Origin: a virus
Lineage: Duplodnaviria; Heunggongvirae; Uroviricota; Caudoviricetes
DNA: 64,000 nt
IMG/VR virus record: IMGVR_UViG_3300027985_001053
Strand: one strand, 5' to 3'
The notes under the pieces were generated by a model. That model saw nothing but the letters and a program-made list of their open reading frames with translations. It did no database searches and was not told where the DNA came from. The translations under genes and the position numbers were made by a program. Each line of letters starts with the position of its first letter. Within the stretch, counting starts at the first letter, position 1. Positions 39,294 through 49,206 of this stretch are shown one piece after another.

Positions 39294-41306
39294 ATGATGT
39301 TTAAAGATTTTAAAAGTAAGCTACAGACTCATTTTAAAGAAATGAGTAAAGACGAAGTTTTGTTTACAGTGGATGTAGAGAAGGATGTATTATGGAATAC
39401 TTATCTAGAGAGTTTTCCGGAAGGTACTAACGTAATATATAAGGAAAGAAGAGAATACGACTGTAATTGTTGTAAGTCCTTTATACGGTCTATCGGTGGT
39501 GTTGTATCTGTTAGCGATAATAAGTTAGTCTCCATTTGGAATATTCCTAATTTAGAGTATCCTTTTAATATTGTTGCTGACAAGTTAAATGATCTAGTTT
39601 CTTCATCTAAGATTAAGAATGTATTCCTAGCTGAAAACACTTTTATTGGAGTGGATTCCAATAAATCTTTAGAAGACGGCAGTACGGTAATATTCGAGCA
39701 TTTTTATGTTACTTTACCAAAAAAGTTTGTAGGGGATAATAGATTCTCCATAGAATCTTTATTGGCTCCTCACAAAGCTAACAAAGATGTTTTTGAAAGA
39801 TCGATGGCAGAGTTATCTTTGGAATCCGGAGAAATTGTTTTAGAGCTAATAGAACAAAACTCTCTGTATAAAGGTGAGGAGTTTAAAAATGCTATAGAAC
39901 TTTTTATTTCCTGGAAGAAGAAACACCGAGATTTGGAAAGTAATCACGATAATTGGTATTGGCAGAATTCGTTTAATAATAAAGTTTCAAAGATAAGGAA
40001 CACGGCTATAGGTACATTGCTTATTTCCCTTTCTGAGGGAGTAGATGTAGATACTGCTGTTAGAAAATATGAGAAATTAGTTGCTCCAGAAAATTATAAA
40101 AGACCTACGGAGGTTTTTACAAAAAGTATGGTTGAGGCTGCTGAGAAAAAGATCCTTGAATTAGGTTTAGAGAAATCTTTGGGAAGACGACATGCTGTTT
40201 TAAGTGATATCTCAGTAAATAATGTTCTATTTGTTAACAGAGATGCTGGTAATAAAATGAAGGATTCCTTATTAAGTGATTTAAAGAAAACCGTTCCTGT
40301 TAGTCCTAAGACTTTTGCTAAAGTAGAAGAAGTAGGTGCTGAAGATTTTATTAGTCATATTCTTCCAAATGCGTCTAATTTAGAGGTTTTTCTAGAAGGT
40401 AGACATGAGACTAATTTAATGACTTTAGTTGCACCTAAAGAAGAATGTACACCTCTTTTCAAATGGAATAATAATTTTTCATGGTCGTATAATGGTAATA
40501 TTGCCGATTCTTCTTTAAAGCAAAATGTAAAAAATGCCGGAGGTAGTGTAGATGGTGTTTTTAGGTTTTCTATTCAGTGGAATGAAAAACGAGACAATCC
40601 AAATGATTTTGATGCACATTGTGTAGAACCTTCCGGTAATATAATTTATTTCGGTTCTCCAAAGTCATCCACATCAGGGACTTTGGATATAGATATAAGG
40701 TACCCATGTTCTGAAGTAGCTGTTGAAAATATTATTTATACGGATGCCTGTAAAATGAAAGAGGGTAATTATGTACTTAAAGTCCATAACTTTGCTCACA
40801 GAGGAGGGACCTCTGGGTTTAGAGCTGAAATAGAGTTTAATGGAGAACTATATAGTTTCGATTACTCTAAAGATATCAAGCAAAAAAGTTATGTCGAAGT
40901 TGCTGTTGTTAATTATTCTAAAAAAGATGGTTTCAGATTAGTATCGTCTCTAGATTCTAAGCTTTCTTCTAAAGAGATGTGGGGAGTTAGAACAGGAGAG
41001 TTTGTGAAAGTTTCAACATTCATGCTTAGTCCAAATTATTGGAATGGTGAGGGTGTAGGAAATAAACATTATTTCTTTTTCTTGGAAGGAGCAAAACCAG
41101 AAGGTTCGATGAGAGGATTCTATAACGAGTTCTTACGAGAAGACCTGTCCCCTCATAGAAAAGTATTTGAAGCATTGGGAAATAGATTTAAAGTATCTGC
41201 TGCTGATGAGCAGTTAACAGGTGTAGGATTTTCATCTACTAAAAGAAATAGTCTTTTAGTTAAAGTAGATGGTAAAGTTTCAAGAGTTGTAAAGGTTATA
41301 TTTTAA
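39294..41306 (+). CDS. Large conserved-looking phage protein with YfaP/DUF2135-like C-terminal module
   Basis: YDCNCC, HFY, and D.DAHC.EP.G..I...LDID...AVENI motifs. Confidence 0.6.
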   Translation: MMFKDFKSKLQTHFKEMSKDEVLFTVDVEKDVLWNTYLESFPEGTNVIYKERREYDCNCCKSFIRSIGGVVSVSDNKLVSIWNIPNLEYPFNIVADKLNDLVSSSKIKNVFLAENTFIGVDSNKSLEDGSTVIFEHFYVTLPKKFVGDNRFSIESLLAPHKANKDVFERSMAELSLESGEIVLELIEQNSLYKGEEFKNAIELFISWKKKHRDLESNHDNWYWQNSFNNKVSKIRNTAIGTLLISLSEGVDVDTAVRKYEKLVAPENYKRPTEVFTKSMVEAAEKKILELGLEKSLGRRHAVLSDISVNNVLFVNRDAGNKMKDSLLSDLKKTVPVSPKTFAKVEEVGAEDFISHILPNASNLEVFLEGRHETNLMTLVAPKEECTPLFKWNNNFSWSYNGNIADSSLKQNVKNAGGSVDGVFRFSIQWNEKRDNPNDFDAHCVEPSGNIIYFGSPKSSTSGTLDIDIRYPCSEVAVENIIYTDACKMKEGNYVLKVHNFAHRGGTSGFRAEIEFNGELYSFDYSKDIKQKSYVEVAVVNYSKKDGFRLVSSLDSKLSSKEMWGVRTGEFVKVSTFMLSPNYWNGEGVGNKHYFFFLEGAKPEGSMRGFYNEFLREDLSPHRKVFEALGNRFKVSAADEQLTGVGFSSTKRNSLLVKVDGKVSRVVKVIF

Positions 41307-41317
41307 GGAGAAATAAT

Positions 41318-41689
41318 ATGTATAAAACTGCAAGTAAAATAAAGTTAAGAGTTCAAACTTCTAAAGGATTGCTTTCTGTTGAAGATTTGTGGGATCTTAA
41401 CTTAAAAGAATTGAATGATATTGCAAAAGCTTTAAATAAAGAGCTAAAGAGTTTGGATGAAGAAGACTTTCTAGATGATAAGCCTTCAGAAGATCCTAAA
41501 AAAAGATTAATCTTCGATATTATTGTGGATATTATAAAAACTCGTAAAGAAGAGATTTCTCAAAATAGGGAAGCGAGAGCTAAATCGTCGCTTAGACAAA
41601 AGTATTTAGATGCTTTAGAAAAAAAGGAAGATGAGGATTTAGAAAAGCTTTCTAAAGAAGAAATTCTAGAAAAATTAAATAGCTTGTAG
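41318..41689 (+). CDS. Small helical partner protein of the preceding gene
   Basis: A...KLR..T.KG.LSVEDLWDL motif, which I recall following this type of gene in large phages. Confidence 0.55.
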   Translation: MYKTASKIKLRVQTSKGLLSVEDLWDLNLKELNDIAKALNKELKSLDEEDFLDDKPSEDPKKRLIFDIIVDIIKTRKEEISQNREARAKSSLRQKYLDALEKKEDEDLEKLSKEEILEKLNSL

Positions 41690-41694
41690 TACAT

Positions 41695-41720
41695 AAGACT
41701 CCTATAAAGGAGTCTTTTTT
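41695..41720 (+). terminator. Intrinsic terminator
   Basis: AAGACTCC-TATAAA-GGAGTCTT followed by T run. Confidence 0.75.
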
Positions 41721-41732
41721 GTTATATAACAG

Positions 41733-41779
41733 TTGACATTTAATTGTTTTATGTTTAGTCTTTTTCAAAGAGGAGATTA
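41733..41779 (+). promoter_or_regulatory. Sigma70 promoter with anti-SD hairpin
   Basis: TTGACA-17-TAGTCT; 41756-65 pairs with 41770-79 (several G:U pairs). Confidence 0.55.
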
Positions 41780-41833
41780 CTGTGGAAAATTTAAAAGAGA
41801 CGACTATGTTTTCGTGGAAACTTTGGAGGTCCT

Positions 41834-43126
41834 ATGATTAGAGCTTTAGAAATTGTTACAATTCTACAGAATAACGGGTTTTATGCGTTATTTGTAGGAG
41901 GTTGTGTTAGGGATTCCCTTTTAGGATTGGAACCAAAAGATTACGATATCGTAACATCAGCTAGTCCAGAGCAAGTTGAAAGTTTATTCATTAATACTAT
42001 TTCTGTAGGCAAGGCTTTCGGAGTAATTGTAGTAGATTGTCATTATGAAGTAGCTACTTTTAGATTAGATAATTATACGAAAACGAATGACCTTACAGTT
42101 AAACTTTTAAATAACAAAGATTATTCTTTAGAATATTTGGTTCAGTTAGATTCTTCTAAAAGAGATTTAACCTGCAATGCTATTTATTTTGATCCTGTCT
42201 CCGCAGAATATTATAACCCTCAAGGAGGTATTGAAGACTTGTCAAATAGAAAACTACGATTTGTGGGAGATCTTGAAGAAAGGTGTATTGAAGACCCTAT
42301 AAGGATTTTAAGGTTTTTTAGATTTGCTATTCAGTATAATTTATACCAATCTTCTGAAGAACTAAAGTTAGTTTCTGGATTAGGTCATCTGTTATTAAAC
42401 GTTTCTAAGGAACGTATCTTTAAAGAGCTAACAAAAATATTGTATAGTATTAATCCTTCATCACGAGGTATTAGTTTAGAGTTACCTCATATTTTAAATA
42501 TTATTTTACCAGAGTTATCTGTAATGAAGAGTACTTCTCAAAATCCTAAGCATCATCCAGAAGGAAATGTATGGAACCATACAGTTTTAGCTTTAGAGTT
42601 TCTAAACGTAAGAACTCCTGAAACTCTTTGGGCAGCTTTACTTCACGATGTTGGAAAGATTTATACAACAAGAGGTTATGGTGATAACATAACTTCTTAT
42701 GACCACGAAACGGCAGGGTCTGTCGAAGCTGAACGGATCTTAAAAATGTTTAAATGCTCTAATAAGCTAATTAAGGAAGTTTCGTATTTAGTACAAAATC
42801 ATATGAGAATTAAGGCTTGTAGAGAAATGAAAGTTGCAAAGGTTGCTAGATTAGTACTTAATGAATATTTTAATAATCTTAAAGAAGTTTCTTTAGCTGA
42901 TTCTTTAGCAGGCAAAGGTGATATAACGTGGTGGTCTTGGCTAACCTCTTTTGAGGAGAGAACTCCCTATAAAAATACAGTAACTCCTTTAGTTACTGGG
43001 CATGATTTAATACTTGCTGGAAAACAACCAAATGAAAGTTTTAAAGGTTTACTAAAAAAAGCATTCGATATTCAGTTAGAATATCCTACTAAATCAAAAG
43101 AAGTTATCTTGAAGGAGTTATTATGA
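41834..43126 (+). CDS. cca: tRNA nucleotidyltransferase (class II, CCA-type) with HD domain
   Basis: VGGCVRD..LG...KDYD, RDLT.NA, EDPIRILR, HPEG.V..HT, LLHDVGK. Confidence 0.88.
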   Translation: MIRALEIVTILQNNGFYALFVGGCVRDSLLGLEPKDYDIVTSASPEQVESLFINTISVGKAFGVIVVDCHYEVATFRLDNYTKTNDLTVKLLNNKDYSLEYLVQLDSSKRDLTCNAIYFDPVSAEYYNPQGGIEDLSNRKLRFVGDLEERCIEDPIRILRFFRFAIQYNLYQSSEELKLVSGLGHLLLNVSKERIFKELTKILYSINPSSRGISLELPHILNIILPELSVMKSTSQNPKHHPEGNVWNHTVLALEFLNVRTPETLWAALLHDVGKIYTTRGYGDNITSYDHETAGSVEAERILKMFKCSNKLIKEVSYLVQNHMRIKACREMKVAKVARLVLNEYFNNLKEVSLADSLAGKGDITWWSWLTSFEERTPYKNTVTPLVTGHDLILAGKQPNESFKGLLKKAFDIQLEYPTKSKEVILKELL

Positions 43127-44424
43127 CAGCTACATTAGAAAAATTAAATAAAATTATGGAAGATAATAACGGGGAGTTATATTTAAGAGATACTCCAATT
43201 ACATCGCTACCTGAAGGGTTAACTGTTCCAGGTAACTTAGAGTTATGCGGTACTAAAATCACATCGTTACCAGAAGGTTTAAAAGTTGGGGGTAGTTTAG
43301 ATTTAAGCTATACTTTAATAGAATCGTTACCAGAAGGGTTAACCGTTGGAGGTAGCTTATATTTAGAAGGTACTAGAATTAAATCATTATCTGAAGGGTT
43401 AAAGGTTGGAGATAACTTAGATTTAAGAAATACTAAAATCACATCTTTACCAAAAGAATTAACTGTTGGGGATAGCTTAGATTTAAGAAATACTGAAATT
43501 ACAGTATTACCAGAAGGATTGTCTGTTGGAGGTAGCTTATGTTTAAGTAATACTCCAATTAAATCGTTACCAGAAGACTTAACGTTTGGAAGAGGCTTAT
43601 ATCTAAATCATACTCAGATTGAATCGTTACCAGAGGGGTTAAAAGTAAGTGGATATCTAGATTTAAGACATACTCCAATTACATCGTTACCTAAAGGGTT
43701 AAAGGTTGGAGGATATTTAGATTTAAGTAATACTCTAATTAAATTGTTACCAGAGGGATTAAAGGTTGGAGGTAGCTTAGATTTAAGACATACTCCAATT
43801 ACAGAATTACCAAGAAGGTTAACGGTTGGAAGAGACTTATATTTAAGAGATACTCAAATTAAATCGTTACCAAAAGGGTTAACTGTGGGAGATAATTTAT
43901 ATTTATACGGTACTAAGATAACATCGTTACCAAAAAGATTAAAGGTTGGTGATCGTGTCTATAGTTATTTACCTGAAAATAAAGTAAACTACACAAAACT
44001 TCAACAGGGTGATTATGTTAAAGATGAATATCTATATGCCGATGACATATTAACTCATATTAAAGCTAAAAAGTCTTTTGATAAATACACATATTTTATT
44101 GGAGAGTTTAAAGGTCGAAATGTTCTTTACGATGGAACTTATTATGCTCATTGTAAAAATATTAAGCAAGGAATTGAGGATCTTAACTTCAAACATGCTG
44201 AAGATAGAGGATCCGATCAATACAGAAATTTAAAGTTATCAAGTACTTTAACTTTTGAAGAATCTAAAACAATGTACAGGGTTTTAACAGGTGCTTGTAG
44301 GCAAGGTACTGAAAGCTTTATTAGTAACTTAAAAACAATAAAGGAACACTATACCATTCAGGAATTACTAGATTTGACTGTTGGTCAATATGGACATGAA
44401 ACTTTTAAGAAGTTTTTTAGTTAA
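43123..44424 (+). CDS. LRR-family paralog 1 (13 x 20-aa repeats + conserved C-terminal domain)
   Basis: Repeat LxLxxTxIxxLPxxLxVGGx on a 60-bp period. Confidence 0.9.
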   Translation: MTATLEKLNKIMEDNNGELYLRDTPITSLPEGLTVPGNLELCGTKITSLPEGLKVGGSLDLSYTLIESLPEGLTVGGSLYLEGTRIKSLSEGLKVGDNLDLRNTKITSLPKELTVGDSLDLRNTEITVLPEGLSVGGSLCLSNTPIKSLPEDLTFGRGLYLNHTQIESLPEGLKVSGYLDLRHTPITSLPKGLKVGGYLDLSNTLIKLLPEGLKVGGSLDLRHTPITELPRRLTVGRDLYLRDTQIKSLPKGLTVGDNLYLYGTKITSLPKRLKVGDRVYSYLPENKVNYTKLQQGDYVKDEYLYADDILTHIKAKKSFDKYTYFIGEFKGRNVLYDGTYYAHCKNIKQGIEDLNFKHAEDRGSDQYRNLKLSSTLTFEESKTMYRVLTGACRQGTESFISNLKTIKEHYTIQELLDLTVGQYGHETFKKFFS

Positions 44425-44449
44425 AAAGTGTAAGATAAGAGGAGATACT

Positions 44450-45631
44450 ATGGAATATACTTTAGAAAAATTAAATAAAATTATGGAAGATAATGATGGG
44501 GACTTAGATTTAAGCGTTACTCCAATTACATCATTACCTGAAGGGTTAACTATTGGAGGTAGCTTATATTTAAGTAAGACTCCAATTACATCATTACCTA
44601 AAGGGTTAAAGGTTGGAGGTTGGTTAGATTTAAGATATACTCCGATTAAATCATTGCCAAGAGATTTAACATTTGGAGGTAGCTTATGTTTAAGTTTTAC
44701 TCAAATTAAATCGCTGCCAAGAGGTTTAAAGGTTTTGGGTAACTTAGATTTAAGCTTTACTCAAATTACCTCGTTACCAGAAGAATTGTCTGTTGGCGGT
44801 AGTTTATATTTAAATAATACTCAAATTACATCGTTACCGAAAGGGTTAACTTTTGGAGGTTGGTTAGATTTAAGAAATACTAAAATTACATCGTTACCAG
44901 AAGGCTTGAAAGTGGGAAGAGACTTATATTTAAGTGATACTCCAATTTCATCATTACCAGGAGATTTAAAGGTCGGGGGATATTTAGATTTAAGCAATAC
45001 TCCAATTAAATCGTTACCAGAGGGGTTAACGGTTGAAAGAGACTTATATTTAGGAAATACTCCAATTAAATCGTTGCCTGAAGGGTTAACTGTTGGAGGT
45101 AGCTTATATTTAAAAGGTACTAAAATTAAATCTTTACCAAAAGGATTAAAAGTTGGAGGTACCATATTTAGCGATTTACCTAAAAATAAAGTCAAATACA
45201 CAAAACTTCAACAAGGTGATTATGTTGAAAATTCATATCTCTTTGCTGATGGAATTTTAACTCACATTAAAGCTAAAAAGTCTTTTGATAAATACACATA
45301 TTTTATTGAAGAGTTTAAAGGTCGAAATGTTCTTTACGATGGTATCTATTATGCTCACTGTAAAAATATTAAGCAAGGAATTGAGGATCTTACCTTTAAA
45401 CATGCTACAGATAGAGGGTCCGATCAATACAAAAATCTAAAATTATCCAGTACTTTATCTTTTGAAGAATCTAAAACAATGTATAGGGTTTTGACAGGTG
45501 CTTGTAAACAAGGAACTGAAAGTTTTGTTAATAATTTGAAAACAATAAAAGAACAGTATACCATTCAGGAATTACTAGATTTAACTGTTGGTCAATATGG
45601 TCATGAAATTTTTAAAAAGTTTTTTAATTAA
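44450..45631 (+). CDS. LRR-family paralog 2 (11 repeats)
   Basis: ATG 44450 after GAGGAG; same architecture. Confidence 0.9.
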   Translation: MEYTLEKLNKIMEDNDGDLDLSVTPITSLPEGLTIGGSLYLSKTPITSLPKGLKVGGWLDLRYTPIKSLPRDLTFGGSLCLSFTQIKSLPRGLKVLGNLDLSFTQITSLPEELSVGGSLYLNNTQITSLPKGLTFGGWLDLRNTKITSLPEGLKVGRDLYLSDTPISSLPGDLKVGGYLDLSNTPIKSLPEGLTVERDLYLGNTPIKSLPEGLTVGGSLYLKGTKIKSLPKGLKVGGTIFSDLPKNKVKYTKLQQGDYVENSYLFADGILTHIKAKKSFDKYTYFIEEFKGRNVLYDGIYYAHCKNIKQGIEDLTFKHATDRGSDQYKNLKLSSTLSFEESKTMYRVLTGACKQGTESFVNNLKTIKEQYTIQELLDLTVGQYGHEIFKKFFN

Positions 45632-45656
45632 AAAGCGTAAGATAAGAGGAGATACT

Positions 45657-46658
45657 ATGGAATATACTTTAGAAGAATTAAATAAAATGATGAAAGATAA
45701 GGATGGAAACTTAGATTTATACAATACTCAAATTAAATCGTTACCAGGAGATTTAAAGGTTGGAGGTAGCTTAGATTTAAGCAATACTCAAATTAAATCG
45801 TTACCAGGAGATTTAAAGGTTGGGGGTAACTTAGACTTAGAAGGTACTCAAATTACATCATTACCAGAAGGGTTAACTGTTGGAGGTTGGTTAGATTTAA
45901 GACATACTCAAATTACATCGTTACCAGGGGATTTAAAGGTTAGAGGTAACTTATATTTAAGCAATACTCCAATTAAATCGTTACCAAGAGATTTAAAAGT
46001 TGGTGGTAGCTTGGATTTAAGTAATACTCCAATTACATCATTACCTGAAGGGTTAAAGATTGGAGGTATCTTATATTTAAGCAATACTCCAATTAAATCG
46101 TTACCAAAAAGGTTAACGGTTGGAAGTTGGTTATATTTCAGAGATACTAAAATTAAATCGTTGCCAAGAGATTTAAAAGTTGGTGGAAACGTATCTAGTG
46201 ATTTACCTAAAAATAAAGTAAAATATATACAAATTCAACAAGGTGAGTATAGTGAAGCTGACTATCTGTATGCAGATGGAATCTTAACTCATATTAAAGC
46301 TAAAAAATATTTTGATAAATATACATATTTTATTGGAGAATTTAAAGATAAAAACGTACTTTATGATGGAACTTATTATGCTCATTGTGAAAACATTAAG
46401 CAAGGAATCGAGGATCTTAACTTTAAACATGCTAAAGATAGAGGTTCCGATCAATACAGAAATTTAAAGTTATCAAGTACTTTATCTTTTGAAGAATCAA
46501 AAACAATGTACAGGGTTTTAACCGGAGCATGTAGGCAAGGTACTGAAAGTTTTATTAATAACTTGAAAATAATAAAGGAACAGTATACAATACAGGAATT
46601 AATAGATTTAACTGTTAATCAATATGGTCATGAAGTTTTTAAGAAGTTTTTTAGATAA
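45657..46658 (+). CDS. LRR-family paralog 3 (8 repeats)
   Basis: ATG 45657 after an intergenic spacer almost identical to the one before paralog 2. Confidence 0.9.
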   Translation: MEYTLEELNKMMKDKDGNLDLYNTQIKSLPGDLKVGGSLDLSNTQIKSLPGDLKVGGNLDLEGTQITSLPEGLTVGGWLDLRHTQITSLPGDLKVRGNLYLSNTPIKSLPRDLKVGGSLDLSNTPITSLPEGLKIGGILYLSNTPIKSLPKRLTVGSWLYFRDTKIKSLPRDLKVGGNVSSDLPKNKVKYIQIQQGEYSEADYLYADGILTHIKAKKYFDKYTYFIGEFKDKNVLYDGTYYAHCENIKQGIEDLNFKHAKDRGSDQYRNLKLSSTLSFEESKTMYRVLTGACRQGTESFINNLKIIKEQYTIQELIDLTVNQYGHEVFKKFFR

Positions 46659-47015
46659 ATTATTACTATTTTTTAAGGTGTGAAACTTTGTAGTATGTAG
46701 TATGCCTCAGTTTATGTAATTATTTGAGGTATACAGGATATAGCATATAACCGTGAAGAACTTCATTTATATTTTTCAAGGCAAAGAACTCCAGACATAA
46801 AGGAGATACAAGTTATTTATCTCTATAACTTATTGAAAGGCCTTTGGCTTCTTACAGAAGAGAGATGGGCTGTACTTATTAAAAATCAACGCTATCTACA
46901 TATCTTGACTAAAGTTTATTATGATATAATCCTTGCACATTTATGACTCCCTATGATATACTACCTAAAGTCAGTATGGTTCTTATCTAGAATTGTACTA
47001 CTTTGGAGGATTATT

Positions 47016-47765
47016 ATGATAAAATTGCCGGGGTTATACGAAGAGACTTTTCTTTATTGTATTAGTAATCGAGGGGTTATTATAGAGGAAGGTTCTTTTA
47101 CAACTAAAGAGACGAAAGTTAGTCTACCCTGGAGGATACGTGCAAAGCAACCCCCTAATGTTAGTTGTACTATCTACAGGGAATCAACTAAAGAAGAAGA
47201 ATCCACTTTTTTACCATACAATTATAAACTTCATGCTCCGAAGTTCAATATTCCCAGAGGGAATTATCGCTTGGATATTTCATGGGATTATGTAGAGGAT
47301 AACTTATTAAGTTTTACGAAACGAGTAGGGCAGACTATAGATGAAGTACTGAATCCCGAGTTTCAACGAGGACACGTTTGGACAGAGCCTCAACAAATAG
47401 CTTATATTGAGTATATCTTTAAAGGTGGAACCTCTGGAAAAGATGTATATTTTAATTGCTCAGGATGGAATGACGGGTTGGCTGCACCGGTATATTGTGT
47501 AGATGGTTTACAAAGGATAACTGCTGTTCGACGGTTCATGAATAATGAAATTCCTGCCTTTGGTGTTTATTTAAAAGACTCTTCCGGAATTGATAGCTTA
47601 GATCAGGCTTTCTCATGGCATGTTTTAGACTTTAAAGAAATGTCCGAAGTTTTACAATGGTATGTAGATATGAACTCAAAAGGAACTTCGCATACTCAAG
47701 AAGAATTAGACAAGGTTCTCAATCTTAAAAAGAAAATGGAGCAAATCGATGAAAGGACGACATAA
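47016..47765 (+). CDS. DUF262 (GmrSD N-terminal/ParB-like) domain protein
   Basis: P.FQRG.VW...QQ..YIE, VDG.QR.TA..RF, N..GT; ATG 47016 after GGAGG. Confidence 0.75.
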   Translation: MIKLPGLYEETFLYCISNRGVIIEEGSFTTKETKVSLPWRIRAKQPPNVSCTIYRESTKEEESTFLPYNYKLHAPKFNIPRGNYRLDISWDYVEDNLLSFTKRVGQTIDEVLNPEFQRGHVWTEPQQIAYIEYIFKGGTSGKDVYFNCSGWNDGLAAPVYCVDGLQRITAVRRFMNNEIPAFGVYLKDSSGIDSLDQAFSWHVLDFKEMSEVLQWYVDMNSKGTSHTQEELDKVLNLKKKMEQIDERTT

Positions 47766-47977
47766 TTTTTTAAAAAGACTCGATGAAGTATACGCTAAAG
47801 ATTTTACATTTAGTATTAAAGAGTTTATAGATTATAATAACACTAAAGTTACTTGTACATGTTCTAAAGGGCATATTACTTTGAAACGTTCTAAGGACCT
47901 TTTATATATCTAATCTACGAAATCATCTTAGAGGTGTGACCAAACAATGCAGTGGCTGGAAGCTTGAAAAAATATAA
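47749..47977 (+). pseudogene. Frameshifted remnant of homing-endonuclease-type DNA-binding modules
   Basis: FLKRLDEVY...TKVTCTCSKGH stops at 47913; another frame continues SNLRNHLRG..KQCSGWK (NUMOD1-like). Confidence 0.4.
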
Positions 47978-47995
47978 TAAAACAAAGGAGATATT

Positions 47996-48487
47996 TTGAC
48001 GATAGATGATATTAAGAAAAATGAAGCCATAAAAATTAAGAATCTTCATATTAAGAATACAGAGAATCTAAAGAACTTAGAATTAAAAATAAACTCTTTG
48101 AGCAATGCGTTATCAATGGATTGTGATTACTTAAAGCTACGATTAGATAGAGCTAAGGAAGACTTAGTGTTAAAAGATTTTAATAAATGGGGGAATGCTT
48201 ACAGTTTTGTAAAGATTTTCTCACCACAGTTATGCTCTGTAGATGTTTTAATCGAGATGGAAAAGGTGTATTTAAAAGAAAGTACTCTTTTTAAGAATAA
48301 AAAAGACTTCGATAAATGGTTTCTAGATATACTAGACTATAAGCACGATGGTGCCTTAAGGTTGAAGTTTATTGAGGGGGATCATTATTTAGTGCATACT
48401 GTCCATATCCCAGAATTAGTTAAAGGAATTTTTGGAGTTTTGTATCACTTTCAAATAAGGCTTTTACGTTTATTTAGGAGGGATTAG
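47996..48487 (+). CDS. Hypothetical protein
   Basis: TTG start with AAGGAG RBS. Confidence 0.55.
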   Translation: MTIDDIKKNEAIKIKNLHIKNTENLKNLELKINSLSNALSMDCDYLKLRLDRAKEDLVLKDFNKWGNAYSFVKIFSPQLCSVDVLIEMEKVYLKESTLFKNKKDFDKWFLDILDYKHDGALRLKFIEGDHYLVHTVHIPELVKGIFGVLYHFQIRLLRLFRRD

Positions 48488-48670
48488 ATGGTTGAAAAAG
48501 ATTTGTTACAAGAAGAACTAAAGAAAAAGGAAGACCTTTATAGAAGCTTGTTATTGAAAGCATGTTTTAATAAAAAGTCTTACTATAACTCCGATACTTC
48601 TTCTACAGAAATATCTCTTATTAGAGAGGAAATAGAAATATTAAAAGATCAGCTTAAGGAGTATTCATGA
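48488..48670 (+). CDS. Small coiled-coil protein
   Basis: AGGAGG RBS. Confidence 0.5.
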   Translation: MVEKDLLQEELKKKEDLYRSLLLKACFNKKSYYNSDTSSTEISLIREEIEILKDQLKEYS

Positions 48671-49206
48671 TTTTAGCGATTACAGGATTTACTGCAAGTG
48701 GCAAAGATACTTTAGCAACGGAGCTTGCAAAGTACTTTCGTTTAGTGAAACCAACGACGTCACGTCCTCGAAGAGATGGGGAGATAGATACTTATCATTT
48801 TATCTCTTCGGACCAGTTTAAAAGCGATGTTGAGCAAGAGAAGTTCCTAGAGTATAGAGCTTACGATGTTAATTATAGAGGTGTTAAAGATACGTGGTAT
48901 TATGGTACCTCCTATAAAGAACTTAGCGATGATATTAATATTGTGATTACTGATATCGATGGTTTAAAATCTTTTAAGAACTCTGATTATATTGTAAAGT
49001 CGTTGTTCCTGGATGTGGATATTAGCCTTAGATTAGAGAGATGTAAATCTCGAGGAGACTTTGATGTGGTCGAGTTCTCGAGAAGATTAAAGGATGATTT
49101 GGTTAAATATCCTTCAGAGGTAGTATCCTCAGAAGTTGACGTTATTCTTGTAAATCCAACAATTGAAGAAGCTGTTGAAGCTGCAATGGATCTTGTGTGC
49201 GAGTAA
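48667..49206 (+). CDS. gmk: Guanylate kinase-like protein
   Basis: G..ASGKDT, TTSRPRR.GE...YHF, W.YGT, RGD. Confidence 0.8.
   Translation: MILAITGFTASGKDTLATELAKYFRLVKPTTSRPRRDGEIDTYHFISSDQFKSDVEQEKFLEYRAYDVNYRGVKDTWYYGTSYKELSDDINIVITDIDGLKSFKNSDYIVKSLFLDVDISLRLERCKSRGDFDVVEFSRRLKDDLVKYPSEVVSSEVDVILVNPTIEEAVEAAMDLVCE

Noticed and set aside
44381-44449. ORF-track N-terminal extensions (44381, 45588, 46953, 36510, 30444, 30700, 60070, 62482)
   Set aside because: They overlap upstream genes or promoter boxes; downstream starts with SD sequences or translational coupling fit better.
44821-45201. Minus-strand repetitive ORFs (also 59114-59638)
   Set aside because: Antisense shadows of the 60-bp LRR repeats; no RBS, and the periodicity is inherited from the sense gene.
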